Origin: Candidatus Kapaibacterium sp.
Lineage (GTDB): Bacteria; Bacteroidota; Ignavibacteria; Kapaibacteriales; UBA2268
DNA: 64,000 bases
NCBI GenBank assembly: GCA_963665665.1
Contig: OY762428.1
Span: 4,160,001-4,224,000 of the forward strand
Reading direction: 5' to 3'
The notes beneath the pieces were generated by a model. It worked only from the letters and a program-made list of their open reading frames with translations, was not told the DNA's origin and did no database searches. Made by a program: the position numbers and the translations under genes. Below are positions 20,410 through 29,648 of the stretch, piece by piece. Within the stretch, counting starts at the first letter, position 1. Each line of letters begins with the position of its first letter.

Positions 20410-20499
20410 CTTGTTCCCAATTTATGTTAAATCAAAAAATCATAACACACGAAACGCAAATTGTTAAATATTATGTAAATAATAAAATGAAAATTTTAC

Positions 20500-20528
20500 T
20501 GTAACGCACAGAAAACTAAATCGTCTTA
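20500..20528 (+). promoter_or_regulatory. ECF-type promoter (TGTAAC-N16-CGTC) just upstream of the ECF sigma gene
   Basis: TGTAAC at 20500-20505, CGTC at 20522-20525, 12 bp before the ATG; matches the AAC/CGT ECF pattern and suggests autoregulation. Confidence 0.6.
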
Positions 20529-20537
20529 TCAATTGAA

Positions 20538-21047
20538 ATGGAACTAAAAGATTTTAAAATACAGATATTTCCCGCTAAGGACAAGCTATACAGGCTGGCC
20601 AACAGGCTGCTCGGGAATCCGGACGAGGCAGAAGACTCCGTTCAGGACGTTTTCCTGAAATTATGGGATATTCGTAAAACATTGTCGCCGGTTAGTAATC
20701 CCGAAGCATTTGCAATGAAAATGATGAAAAACCTGTGTATTGACAAATTGAAGGCTGCCCGAAACAGAAACCAGCCGCTCGGTGACTTTGATATGCCGTC
20801 AGCAGCACCTTCACCCGACAGAATTGCAGAAAATACGGATACAGGTGAAAAGATCGGTTTGATAGTCGATTCATTGCCCGATACTCAGAAATTACTTTTC
20901 CACCTTCGGGAAATTGAGCAAATGGAATACGACGAAATTGAAAAAATTACAGGCCTTGCCAGGGGAGCAATAAAAACAAACCTGTCAAGAACCAGAAAAA
21001 AAATAAGAGAACAACTTATTACCCGGTACAATTATGAATACAAATAA
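20538..21047 (+). CDS. ECF RNA polymerase sigma factor
   Basis: Region 2 LYRLANRLLG...AEDSVQDVFLKLW; region 4 EYDEI...GAIKTNLSRTRKKI. Confidence 0.93.
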   Translation: MELKDFKIQIFPAKDKLYRLANRLLGNPDEAEDSVQDVFLKLWDIRKTLSPVSNPEAFAMKMMKNLCIDKLKAARNRNQPLGDFDMPSAAPSPDRIAENTDTGEKIGLIVDSLPDTQKLLFHLREIEQMEYDEIEKITGLARGAIKTNLSRTRKKIREQLITRYNYEYK

Positions 21048-21597
21048 TCAAAATATCGAAGAACTGGTAGCAAAATATCTTGAAGGCGAAACATCCCTTG
21101 CCGAAGAGAAACTGCTCCGCGAGATGCTGAAAAGCAATGATATTCCCGAGAAATTCCGGGAAATTGCCGAAATATTTTCCTTTGCAGAACGCGAAAGAGA
21201 TATTTACCCCAAAGGAAAAGATATTGAATCAATTGCAACGGCAAAAATTAAAAGGCGCAATATGTTACGATTGGATACCAGGAACGGCCGCCTGGGTTGG
21301 AAGATCACTTCCATTGCTGCTTCTTTTATTATAGCCCTCGCTATCTTTTTCTCAATGGGGGAGCCAACATCCAACGGCGACTATTCGGCCCTCAATTTCG
21401 AAAGTAATATCAAAGACCCTGATAAGGCCTACATCGAAACCCGGAAAGCCTTTTCAAAAATATCAATTAAACTCGGCCTTGCCCAAAAAGGAATGAACAA
21501 ACTTGAGATTATGGATGATAATATTAATAAACTCAATGATGTATCCAAGTTTGATGAAATTAGAAATTTAATTTTTAGAAGAAATAATTCGGAGTAA
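21034..21597 (+). CDS. putative membrane anti-sigma factor
   Basis: N-terminal KYLEGETSLAEEKLL motif typical of Bacteroidota anti-sigmas, one TM helix, overlaps the sigma gene. Confidence 0.75.
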   Translation: MNTNNQNIEELVAKYLEGETSLAEEKLLREMLKSNDIPEKFREIAEIFSFAERERDIYPKGKDIESIATAKIKRRNMLRLDTRNGRLGWKITSIAASFIIALAIFFSMGEPTSNGDYSALNFESNIKDPDKAYIETRKAFSKISIKLGLAQKGMNKLEIMDDNINKLNDVSKFDEIRNLIFRRNNSE

Positions 21598-21601
21598 CAA
21601 A

Positions 21602-22162
21602 ATGAAGAAAATGATTATCCTGTTCGCGGTAATGCTTCTTGCAGCAACAGCAAGCAATGCTCAGCACCCGATTGCAAAATTTATGGATAAATACGATGGT
21701 GCTAAAGACTTTACAGTTGTAAAAATGAACGAAGAAATGTTTGCCATGCTTGGCGATGCCATGGGAGACCCCAATGAAGAACTTGACGACATGGTTAAGG
21801 ATATCAGGGGCATTATGATAATGAACTATGAATACAAAAGCGGTGAAAACCTGAGTGAAAAACTTTATAAGGAAGTCCAGAATACCGTGCCGCTTGATGA
21901 ATATTCAACATTTATGACGGTAAACCAGGAAGATGAGAACGTACGCTTCCTTACTAAGAAAAAAGGAGCCAAAGTTGGGGAGTTTTTGATGATAGTACGC
22001 GAAAAGACCGAATTTACCCTGATATGGATTGTAGGAGAAATTGATATGAAAAAAATTGGCCAGATCGGTAAGCAGTTCAATATGATGGACATGATGAAGG
22101 GTAAAGAAAAAATGAAAGATAAAAAAGAAAAAGTTAAAAAAGGTAATGAAGAAGAAAACTAA
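21602..22162 (+). CDS. DUF4252-family exported protein
   Basis: Signal peptide; KY...KDFTVV.MNEEMF, C-terminal EF.LIWIVGEIDMKKI; ECF/anti-sigma/DUF4252 gene order. Confidence 0.75.
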   Translation: MKKMIILFAVMLLAATASNAQHPIAKFMDKYDGAKDFTVVKMNEEMFAMLGDAMGDPNEELDDMVKDIRGIMIMNYEYKSGENLSEKLYKEVQNTVPLDEYSTFMTVNQEDENVRFLTKKKGAKVGEFLMIVREKTEFTLIWIVGEIDMKKIGQIGKQFNMMDMMKGKEKMKDKKEKVKKGNEEEN

Positions 22163-22187
22163 ACTGAATAAAAATTGAACATTCCTG

Positions 22188-22222
22188 AAAGTCCCTGTCC
22201 GGATGAGACGGCAGGGATTTTT
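22188..22222 (+). terminator. intrinsic terminator
   Basis: TCCCTG...CAGGGA stem followed by a T-tract. Confidence 0.6.
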
Positions 22223-22491
22223 GTTTGGAGAATAAGAAATTTTATGAAACCAATAATTGATATTCGAAATAATATTAAAATCTTAAGCCCAATTATATAT
22301 AAGTGATATTCAGAATCCAACCCGTCAGCTCTCAATAAGGGGAATTATCCAATTCCAAAATCTATCGAAAGTGTTACCCGATCTAAAAACTATTTTGGTT
22401 TTAATAGTTAGTAATCTAAAGATATTAAACCAATATTTTGTATTTTTGTATTATAAGGTAGATATTATTAAAAAAACTTTTAGGATATAAA

Positions 22492-22944
22492 TTGGCAGAT
22501 AACGAAACGACTTACGTAGCTGATAAACTTGCTTTTTTCTGTGCGGATATCGCCGATGAAAAAATTTCCCGTGATATTTATATCATGAACCTTACTGATA
22601 TCGAAATTTCACCAGCAGATTACTTTGTTGTGTGTACCTGTGATACTGATGTTCAGTCCAGGGCGCTTGCCGATGCGATTGATAGGAAATCTAAAACAGA
22701 GGGCTATGGCAGGCCAAAAATTGAAGGTACTGACAGTGCACGTTGGATATTGCTCGATTTCTTTGACGTGGTTGTTCATATCATGCTGCCGGAAACCAGG
22801 AATTTTTATAAGCTCGAAAAATTATGGGGTGACGCTCACTTCCACAAAATTGATGAAGAGGGCAAACCTGTGGAAATAAAATTCAACCCGAAAGAATTAT
22901 ATACAGAATATACAGGCCAGGAAAATGAAGTACAGGAATATTAG
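22492..22944 (+). CDS. rsfS: ribosome silencing factor RsfS (Iojap)
   Basis: DYFVVCT, EG...WILLDFFDVVVHI...R.FYKLEKLW.DA. Confidence 0.93.
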   Translation: MADNETTYVADKLAFFCADIADEKISRDIYIMNLTDIEISPADYFVVCTCDTDVQSRALADAIDRKSKTEGYGRPKIEGTDSARWILLDFFDVVVHIMLPETRNFYKLEKLWGDAHFHKIDEEGKPVEIKFNPKELYTEYTGQENEVQEY

Positions 22945-24568
22945 TAACTATTTTGCCGATGCCCTAAAAAAAATGGGCCTTGAGGAAATTCCGGAAATTG
23001 CTTTTGAAACACCCAAAAATGCAGACCACGGTGATCTTTCTACCAATATTGCCATGCAGCTTCCAAAAATGTTGAAGAAACCACCAAGGGCTATTGCCGA
23101 GGAAATATTACAAAATATTGAAGCGGATGATGAAGTAATTGAAAAAATTGATATTGCAGGGCCGGGCTTTATTAATATTAAATTCACCCCGAAATATTAT
23201 TCCGCTGAATTGGAAGCTATCCTGAATAAGGCTGCTGATTATGGCAGGCAGGATGTCGGTAAAGGCAAAAAGACTATTGTTGAGTATGTTAGTGTTAATC
23301 CAACAGGACTCTTACACCTTGGTCACGGAAGAAATGCAGCTATAGGAGATACTGTATCAAACCTTTATGACTGGATGGGTTATGACGTAACAAGGGAATA
23401 TTATTTCAACAATGCCGGCAACCAGATGAACAATCTGGCCAAATCAATTTATGCCAGGTATATGCAAATAATCGACAGCCCTGAATTCCCATTTCCCGAG
23501 GACGGATACCACGGAGACTATATCAAAACAATCGCACAGGATATTGTTGATATAGAAAGTGATAAATATATAGCCGGAAGCGACGATGATATTGCTGCAC
23601 TGAGAAAAGCCGGGGAACTTTGGGCTTTTGATAAAATAAAAGCTACCCTTGGCAGGATGAATATCAATCAGGATAATTATTTCAACGAGGATTCACTCTA
23701 CTCGGACGGAAAAATTGAAAATATTATCAACGAGTTTAAAAACAAGGGCCTTGCTTATGAAAAAGACGATGCCCTGTGGCTTAAACTTAGCGAAATGGGA
23801 CTTCAGGACGACAGGGTGATTGTAAAATCAACAGGCGAACCAACATACCGCCTTCCGGATATGGCATACCACAGGGAGAAATTCGAACGCGGTTTTGACG
23901 TAATAGTCGATCTTTTCGGCTCGGATCATATTGCTACAATTCCTGATGTATTAACCGGTGTGAAATCACTGGGATATGATACTGATAAAGTTAAAGTGCT
24001 TATTCACCAGTTTGTAACTTTGATGGAAAACGGCGAGCAGGTGAAAATGAGTAAACGTACCGGTAAGAATTACACTCTTGACGATCTGCTGGATGAAGTA
24101 GGGGAGGATGTTGTTCGATTCTTCCTTATAATGCGCGGTATTAATACTCATCTGGAATTCGACCTTGACCTGGCAAAAGAACAAAGCGATAAAAACCCGG
24201 TATTTTATCTGCAATATGCACATGCTCGACTTTGTTCGATTTTTGACAACGCAATCGATAAAGATATAAATATTGATGATAAAGCTGATCTGACACTGTT
24301 AGTTGACAAATCGGAAATCAGCCTGATAAAAACGTTAATGAAGTTTCCTGACTATATTCGTCTGTCCTGCGACAAAGGCGAGCCAATGATACTTGCGGAA
24401 TATCTAAGGGATCTTGCCGCAGCTTTCCATGTATTTTATCATAACTGCCGGATTATCGGTTCTGAAGAAAAATTGATGCAGGCAAGGTTCAAATTGGCCG
24501 CAGCTACAAAGATAACATTGAAAAACGGACTTGATATTTTAGGTGTTTCTTCACCCGAGAGAATGTAA
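22925..24568 (+). CDS. argS: arginyl-tRNA synthetase
   Basis: HGDLSTNIA, AGPGFIN, VEYVSVNPTG.LHLGHGR (HIGH), KMSKR, YLQYAHAR, C-terminal PERM. Confidence 0.98.
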   Translation: MKYRNISNYFADALKKMGLEEIPEIAFETPKNADHGDLSTNIAMQLPKMLKKPPRAIAEEILQNIEADDEVIEKIDIAGPGFINIKFTPKYYSAELEAILNKAADYGRQDVGKGKKTIVEYVSVNPTGLLHLGHGRNAAIGDTVSNLYDWMGYDVTREYYFNNAGNQMNNLAKSIYARYMQIIDSPEFPFPEDGYHGDYIKTIAQDIVDIESDKYIAGSDDDIAALRKAGELWAFDKIKATLGRMNINQDNYFNEDSLYSDGKIENIINEFKNKGLAYEKDDALWLKLSEMGLQDDRVIVKSTGEPTYRLPDMAYHREKFERGFDVIVDLFGSDHIATIPDVLTGVKSLGYDTDKVKVLIHQFVTLMENGEQVKMSKRTGKNYTLDDLLDEVGEDVVRFFLIMRGINTHLEFDLDLAKEQSDKNPVFYLQYAHARLCSIFDNAIDKDINIDDKADLTLLVDKSEISLIKTLMKFPDYIRLSCDKGEPMILAEYLRDLAAAFHVFYHNCRIIGSEEKLMQARFKLAAATKITLKNGLDILGVSSPERM

Positions 24569-24656
24569 TTGTAGGGAAGATGTTAGCGATACTTCTTTTT
24601 TCTGATTCCTGAATAAAAGCAGACCTTTCCCATGATGAAATGATATTTATGAAAAC

Positions 24657-24688
24657 TGCTCGTTGGGATATTCGTATCCCGACGAGTT
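24657..24688. repeat. REP-like imperfect palindrome downstream of argS
   Basis: CTCGTTGGGATA-TTCG-TATCCCGACGAG hairpin. Confidence 0.5.
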
Positions 24689-24916
24689 GTGTTGAAAGGG
24701 TTTTTCAGAATTTTTCTTTCGGATGAGATAACCGAAACCTCATTCTGAAGGAGCTTGCGATAGAGTATAATGACAGTAGTCCTGATCCGTTAATAAAAAA
24801 ATCAAATGGTTATGAGGATAAGCCCGTAAATAAATATGTCGGTTATAATCATAATTATACCACAGAATTATATCTAAACTTTTAAATATTATCTGGTTTG
24901 GGAGGGGGCAGAAGGA

Positions 24917-25699
24917 ATTGCCGCCTTGTCTATAGGCATTGATGCCTTGGCCGGAGTTATTGCTGCCTTGGTCCAAATCAAAGCAAGAAAACCACCCCTG
25001 TATTCCCCTCCTACTTTAGGAGGGGATAAGAAGTTAAATATCATAGAATTAACTCCCCCTCCTTCCGAAGGATGCGACCGGGGTGAGGTAGGAGGGGGCG
25101 GAAGCAAAGCACCAATGTTTGATGATATTTCCGCCTTGTTTCGAAGCAAAGAAAGAAAACCACCCCTGTATTCCCCTCCTACATTAGGAGGGGATAAGAA
25201 ATTAAATATCATAAGATTAACTCCCCCTCCTTCCGAAGGATGCGACCGGGGTGAGGTAGGAGGGGTCAGAAGCAAAGAACCAAAGTTTTAACCTATTGCT
25301 GCTTTATTCTTCTTCAAAGCCCTCACCTTCGGGGAGGGTTTGGGAGGGGTCAGGAATATTGCTGCCTTGGTTGAAGTTATTGACGCCTTGGTCGGAGTCA
25401 TTGCCGCCTTGTTTGAAGATAATGAACTCTTGGTCGACACTATTGCAGCAATGTTTTGCTTTATTGATGCCTTGGTCGAAGTTATTGACGCCTTGGTCGG
25501 AGTTATTGATGCCTTGGTCGGAGTTATTGACGCCTTGGTTGAAGTCATTGATGCCTTGGTTGAAGTCATTGACGCCTTGGTTGAAGTCATTGCCGCCTTG
25601 TTTGAAGATAATGATGCCTTGGTCGGAGTCATTGACGCCTTGGTCGGAGTCATTGATGCCTTGGTTGAAGGCATTGAACTCTTGGTCGGAGGCAAAGAA
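24917..25699 (+). repeat. 21-bp tandem repeat array A (consensus ~GCCTTGGT(C/T)G(G/A)AGT(C/T)ATTGA(C/T)), interrupted by REP-like hairpins
   Basis: GCCTTG-type unit starts at 24923, 24944, 24965, 25133, 25301, then every 21 bp from 25364 to 25679 (16 consecutive units). Confidence 0.93.
24986..25278. repeat. two near-identical ~125-bp REP-like hairpin cassettes, 168 bp apart
   Basis: ACCACCCCTGTATTCCCCTCCTAC.TTAGGAGGGGA...CTCCCCCTCCTTCCGAAGGATGCGACCGGGGTGAGGTAGGAGGGG starts at 24991 and 25159. Confidence 0.9.
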
Positions 25700-25702
25700 C
25701 AT

Positions 25703-25997
25703 GTTCAGTAAGATCAACCAAGCGTTCAGTAAGATCAACCAAGCGTTCAGTAAGATCAACCAAGCGTTCAGTAAGGTCAAACAAGTGTTCAGTAAGATCA
25801 ACCAAGCGTTCAGTAAAGCCAACCAAGTGTTCAGTAAAGCCAACCAAGTGTTCAGTAAAGCCAACCAAGTGTTCAGTAAAGCCAACCAAGTGTTCAGTAA
25901 GGTCAACCAAGTGTTCAGTAAAGCCAACCAAGTGTTCAATGAGGCCAAATTTCACTACATTAAGGCCAAACAATGATTCAATAACTCCGGCCAAGGC
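25703..25997 (+). repeat. 21-bp tandem repeat array B (GTTCAGTAA(GAT/AGC)CAACCAAG(C/T)); 11 clean units plus a degenerate tail; inverted homologue of array A
   Basis: GTTCAGTAA at 25703 + 21n up to 25913; degenerate in-phase units continue past 26000. Confidence 0.93.
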
Positions 25998-26175
25998 GGT
26001 ATAAAGCCCTGCCAACAAAACATTTAGCCCAAACATTTGGATTCTGGTTCAAAACAGCGTTGAATTAAGGAAATTATCCGGTTCATTGAAACCACAGGAT
26101 AGGGAATTAAGGCCGGCGGCCGCTTCATTGGGGTGGAAGAACGGGTAAACTGAGCAAAAGAATGAGGTGTTATGT

Positions 26176-26285
26176 TGTCATTCCCCGACACGTCGGGGCA
26201 GGCTTCCGGAGCTTGCGACCGAAGAATCCATCTTTCTTGCGGATAATTTATGAAGAATGGATCCTTCGCTTCGCTCAGGATGACA
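26176..26285. repeat. REP-like palindromic element (TGTCAT...ATGACA) with a nested short palindrome
   Basis: Ends TGTCATT and GGATCCTTCGCTTCGCTCAGGATGACA; contains CCCCGACACGTCGGGG. Confidence 0.7.
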
Positions 26286-26309
26286 TGGAGTTTTACCATC
26301 GTCAAGTTC

Positions 26310-26535
26310 AATAGCCACGTGCTTTAGCTCGTGGATAAAGATGCAAGGTGCGGAGGCAAAGAAAAAGAATCCACCCCAGCCTGTCCCGACGTGTCGGGAA
26401 CTCGCTGCGCTCGCCACCCCTCCACGAGGGGAATTTTTCCGGAAATCCACCCCCGCCCTTTCCCGACTCGTCGGCGCCAGCGTGGGACAGGTGGCTTCTT
26501 CCAATTGTTAATTCTTAATTGTCAATTATCAATTA
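26310..26535. repeat. cluster of further short palindromes and AATT-based heptamer repeats
   Basis: CCACGTGCTTTAGCTCGTGG; CCCGACGTGTCGGG; CCCCTCCACGAGGGG; CAATTGT-TAATTCT-TAATTGT-CAATTAT-CAATT at ~26502-26534. Confidence 0.6.
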
Positions 26536-26550
26536 AGAAAACATTCTTTC

Positions 26551-29451
26551 CTACTTTATTGTAATTTCATCTGCAAAAATCCAGGCAAAACCATCGGGGC
26601 CGTGTCCGATGTGCCATTCAGGCAGAGCTCCCCGGCATTTAGCAATAACTTTAACATACCTGGCATTACGCGGGCTGAAGTTTTTAGTAATTTCTTTTGT
26701 TTCAGCAGAATTTCTTTCAATTAGTTCAATCTTTTCCGAAGCAAGCTTTTTAAATTCTTTGCCATCTGCTGATATGAAGTATTCCACTTCTGTCGGATAC
26801 ATTATCCAGCTTCTCTGGTCGCTAAGGAATCCTGTGCTGATTGTTGTTATTTCCCTGACACTTCCAAGATCGACAGTAGCATCCAGGTCTTTGTTTTCAT
26901 ATCCCTGCCAAACATTTGTTTTAAAATCATTGCTACCCTTTATACCGTCAATCAATGCATTGTCGCCTCCGGCATTGTATTGATTGGCATATTGGGTTTC
27001 CAGTTTAATTGACAGGTTCGGATCAATCTTCCTGAATGTTGTTTCCAGAACCGGGCTTTTTTCGTTGCCCTTTTGAGAATAAACTTTCAGATCGGCGTCA
27101 TCTGATATATAAAAAGGAACGGAATAATCTTTATATTCGGAATTATTAAGCGAGTAATATGTTTTTACATTATCATCAATATTTCCAAGGCTTACCAGCG
27201 TACTGTCGCGAAAAGAAAGCTCGCCGGTTTTAACAAATGAAGGAGGGACGATTTGGTAGTCGTCGATTGAAGTCGAGGGAATATTATCATCATGGCTTCC
27301 CCAATAGGTAGGTTTATTTGTCATTGAAAATTCAAGTTTACCGCCTTTCATAATATCGCCGTGTTTTATGAAGGAATAAGGATAATCCTTTCCATTCAAT
27401 TTAACAGATTCAATATATAGATTATTTTCAGAAAGGTTTTTGGCATTAATCCTGAAGGTTTTGCCGCTTTCAAGATTGATAACCGCGCTGCTAACCTGCG
27501 GCGCCCCGATAACATACTCATCCGAACCCGGGGTAACGGGATAAAATCCAATGGCCGAAAAAATATACCAGGCGCTCATCTGGCCGCAATCTTCATTGCC
27601 GGAAATGCCGTCGGGAGAGTTGTTGTAAAGTTCCGTGCAAATTTGCCTTACCAGCTTTTGGGTTTTGTGCGGTTTGTTGATAAAATTGTAGAGATAAGCA
27701 ATATGATGGCTTGGTTCGTTCCCGTGAGCATACTGTCCGATTAAACCGGAAATATCCGATTGGTGCCTTCCGGAGGTCTCTTCATTAGCAGAGAAAAGAG
27801 CATCAAGCTGCTTTTCCATAACATCTTTGCCGCCAATCAACCCGATGAACCCCGAAATATCCTGCGGTACATAAAAACTATACTGCCAGGAATTGGCCTC
27901 GGTATAGTTGAAGTTCACTTCATAAGGATCGAATGGGCTGAACCATGTATTGCGATATCGCGCGCGCATGAATTTTGTATCGGGATCAAGAATATTTTTA
28001 TAGTTCTGTGCACGTTTTACAAATCTTTGGTAATCAGTTTTATTATTTAATTCTTTAGCTATTTGCGCAATAGTCCAGTCGTCATAGGCATATTCAAGGG
28101 TTTTGGAAACCGATTCGGATTCCTCCTCCATCGGTATATAACCGAATTCTTTATATCCCTTCAACCCAAGATGATCCTGCATTGCACTGTGCTTCATTGC
28201 TTTGAAAGCTTCATTGGCATCATAATCGCGGATTCCTTTGATATAGGCATCTGAAATCACGGAAACGCCGTGATAGCCAATCATACATCCCGTGTAGCAA
28301 GCCGAAAGATCCCAGATGGGCATGATTCCGCCTTCGTTATATTTGGCAATCAAAGTTTTAATAAAATCATTCGTTCTTTCCTGTTCAATAATAGTAAACA
28401 GCGGGTGGCTGGCCCTGTAAGTATCCCAAAGTGAGAAAACAGTATAATAATTGAAATCAGAATTTTTATAAATTTTCAGATCAATTCCGCGATAAGAACC
28501 GTCAACATCCTGGTAAAGATTGGGTGCCAGTACGCTATGATATAAAGCTGTGTAGAATACTTCCTTTTCCTCGCGGATTTTAGTTTCTATCTCAATTTTT
28601 CTAAGCTGGCTGTTCCATATTTTCCGGGCATTTTCACGGACATCGGCAAAAGTTTTACCATGGATTTCAGCCTGGTAATTTGCTTTAGCTCCGGCAGCGC
28701 TTACCGGAGATATTGCGATATAAACATTAAGTTCTGCGCTTTCTTTATCGAATGTAAAAGCAGCCTTAGTATTTTTTTCAGCGCCTTCAGGTTTATAATA
28801 TTCAGTATTGATAATCGGCTTCGAGAATTTAATATAAAAGAAAAGTCTCTGATCATTTGCCCAGGCTCTTGAGCGTCGGAGTCCGGTAATTTCAGTATCG
28901 GAGATTTTATTTATTTCACAGTCAAGTAATCTGTCCCTGTGTTCCAGGTCAAGGATAACTACCTGCCCGGCGTTTTCCGGGTAAGTATATCTGTGAATTC
29001 CGCATCTCGGCGTAGTTGTCAGTTCAACTTTTATTTTGCTGTCTTCAAGCATAACAGAGTAATAACCCGGTGATGCAGTTTCATTTTTATGGCTGAATTT
29101 TGAGCAATAACCGATATTACCATCAGCCCCGTTATTGAAAACCACTTTATTTGTGGGCATAAGCAGGATATCACCATAATCCGAGCAGCCAGTACCGCTC
29201 AGGTGGGTATGGGTAAAACCATAAACAACGCTGTCCGAATAATGATAGCCGGAGCAGCCGTCCCAGCCTTCAAGCCGGGTATCGGGGCTAAGCTGCATCA
29301 TGCCGAATGGCAGAGTCGGCCCGGGGAAAGTATGCCCGTGTCCTCCCGTTCCAATAAACGGATTAACATACTCAGTCAGGTCATCCCGGCCAGAAAGAAC
29401 TTTTGACGAAAAAAGTAAACTGATCATTAAAAGTAGAAATATCTTTTTCAT
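26551..29451 (-). CDS. GH92 alpha-1,2-mannosidase with C-terminal Fn3-like and F5/8-type domains
   Basis: YVNPFIGT.GHGHTFPG, HLSGTGCSDYGD, FSLWDTYRA, HGNEPSHH, GNEDCGQMSAWY; signal-peptide start at ATG 29451. Confidence 0.95.
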   Translation of the reverse strand: MKKIFLLLMISLLFSSKVLSGRDDLTEYVNPFIGTGGHGHTFPGPTLPFGMMQLSPDTRLEGWDGCSGYHYSDSVVYGFTHTHLSGTGCSDYGDILLMPTNKVVFNNGADGNIGYCSKFSHKNETASPGYYSVMLEDSKIKVELTTTPRCGIHRYTYPENAGQVVILDLEHRDRLLDCEINKISDTEITGLRRSRAWANDQRLFFYIKFSKPIINTEYYKPEGAEKNTKAAFTFDKESAELNVYIAISPVSAAGAKANYQAEIHGKTFADVRENARKIWNSQLRKIEIETKIREEKEVFYTALYHSVLAPNLYQDVDGSYRGIDLKIYKNSDFNYYTVFSLWDTYRASHPLFTIIEQERTNDFIKTLIAKYNEGGIMPIWDLSACYTGCMIGYHGVSVISDAYIKGIRDYDANEAFKAMKHSAMQDHLGLKGYKEFGYIPMEEESESVSKTLEYAYDDWTIAQIAKELNNKTDYQRFVKRAQNYKNILDPDTKFMRARYRNTWFSPFDPYEVNFNYTEANSWQYSFYVPQDISGFIGLIGGKDVMEKQLDALFSANEETSGRHQSDISGLIGQYAHGNEPSHHIAYLYNFINKPHKTQKLVRQICTELYNNSPDGISGNEDCGQMSAWYIFSAIGFYPVTPGSDEYVIGAPQVSSAVINLESGKTFRINAKNLSENNLYIESVKLNGKDYPYSFIKHGDIMKGGKLEFSMTNKPTYWGSHDDNIPSTSIDDYQIVPPSFVKTGELSFRDSTLVSLGNIDDNVKTYYSLNNSEYKDYSVPFYISDDADLKVYSQKGNEKSPVLETTFRKIDPNLSIKLETQYANQYNAGGDNALIDGIKGSNDFKTNVWQGYENKDLDATVDLGSVREITTISTGFLSDQRSWIMYPTEVEYFISADGKEFKKLASEKIELIERNSAETKEITKNFSPRNARYVKVIAKCRGALPEWHIGHGPDGFAWIFADEITIK

Positions 29452-29648
29452 ATCATAAATCGCATATTTGTTCCTAATATTCATAACTTTCGAATATATG
29501 AAAATATGAGGTATAATAGGAGCAGAAATTGGAATATACCCCAAACCAAAGGAAGGTTCAATCCAATGTATCCTGTCTCCTTGCACTAAGTAATAATTTT
29601 TTGTATATTAAAATCAGTTAATTTATTTACATATTACCCGGAGACAGT

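Noticed and set aside
25364-25933. 21-bp arrays as a CRISPR array
   Set aside because: Units are directly adjacent with no unique spacers, and there are no cas genes in the window.
24740-26564. The many overlapping ORFs in the repeat region as real genes
   Set aside because: A 21-bp period keeps several frames open on both strands automatically; no recognisable domain or reason to prefer one frame, so none was called as CDS.
29452-29586. 45-codon N-terminal extension of GH92 in the ORF track
   Set aside because: The signal peptide begins at ATG 29451; the extension covers the divergent promoter region.
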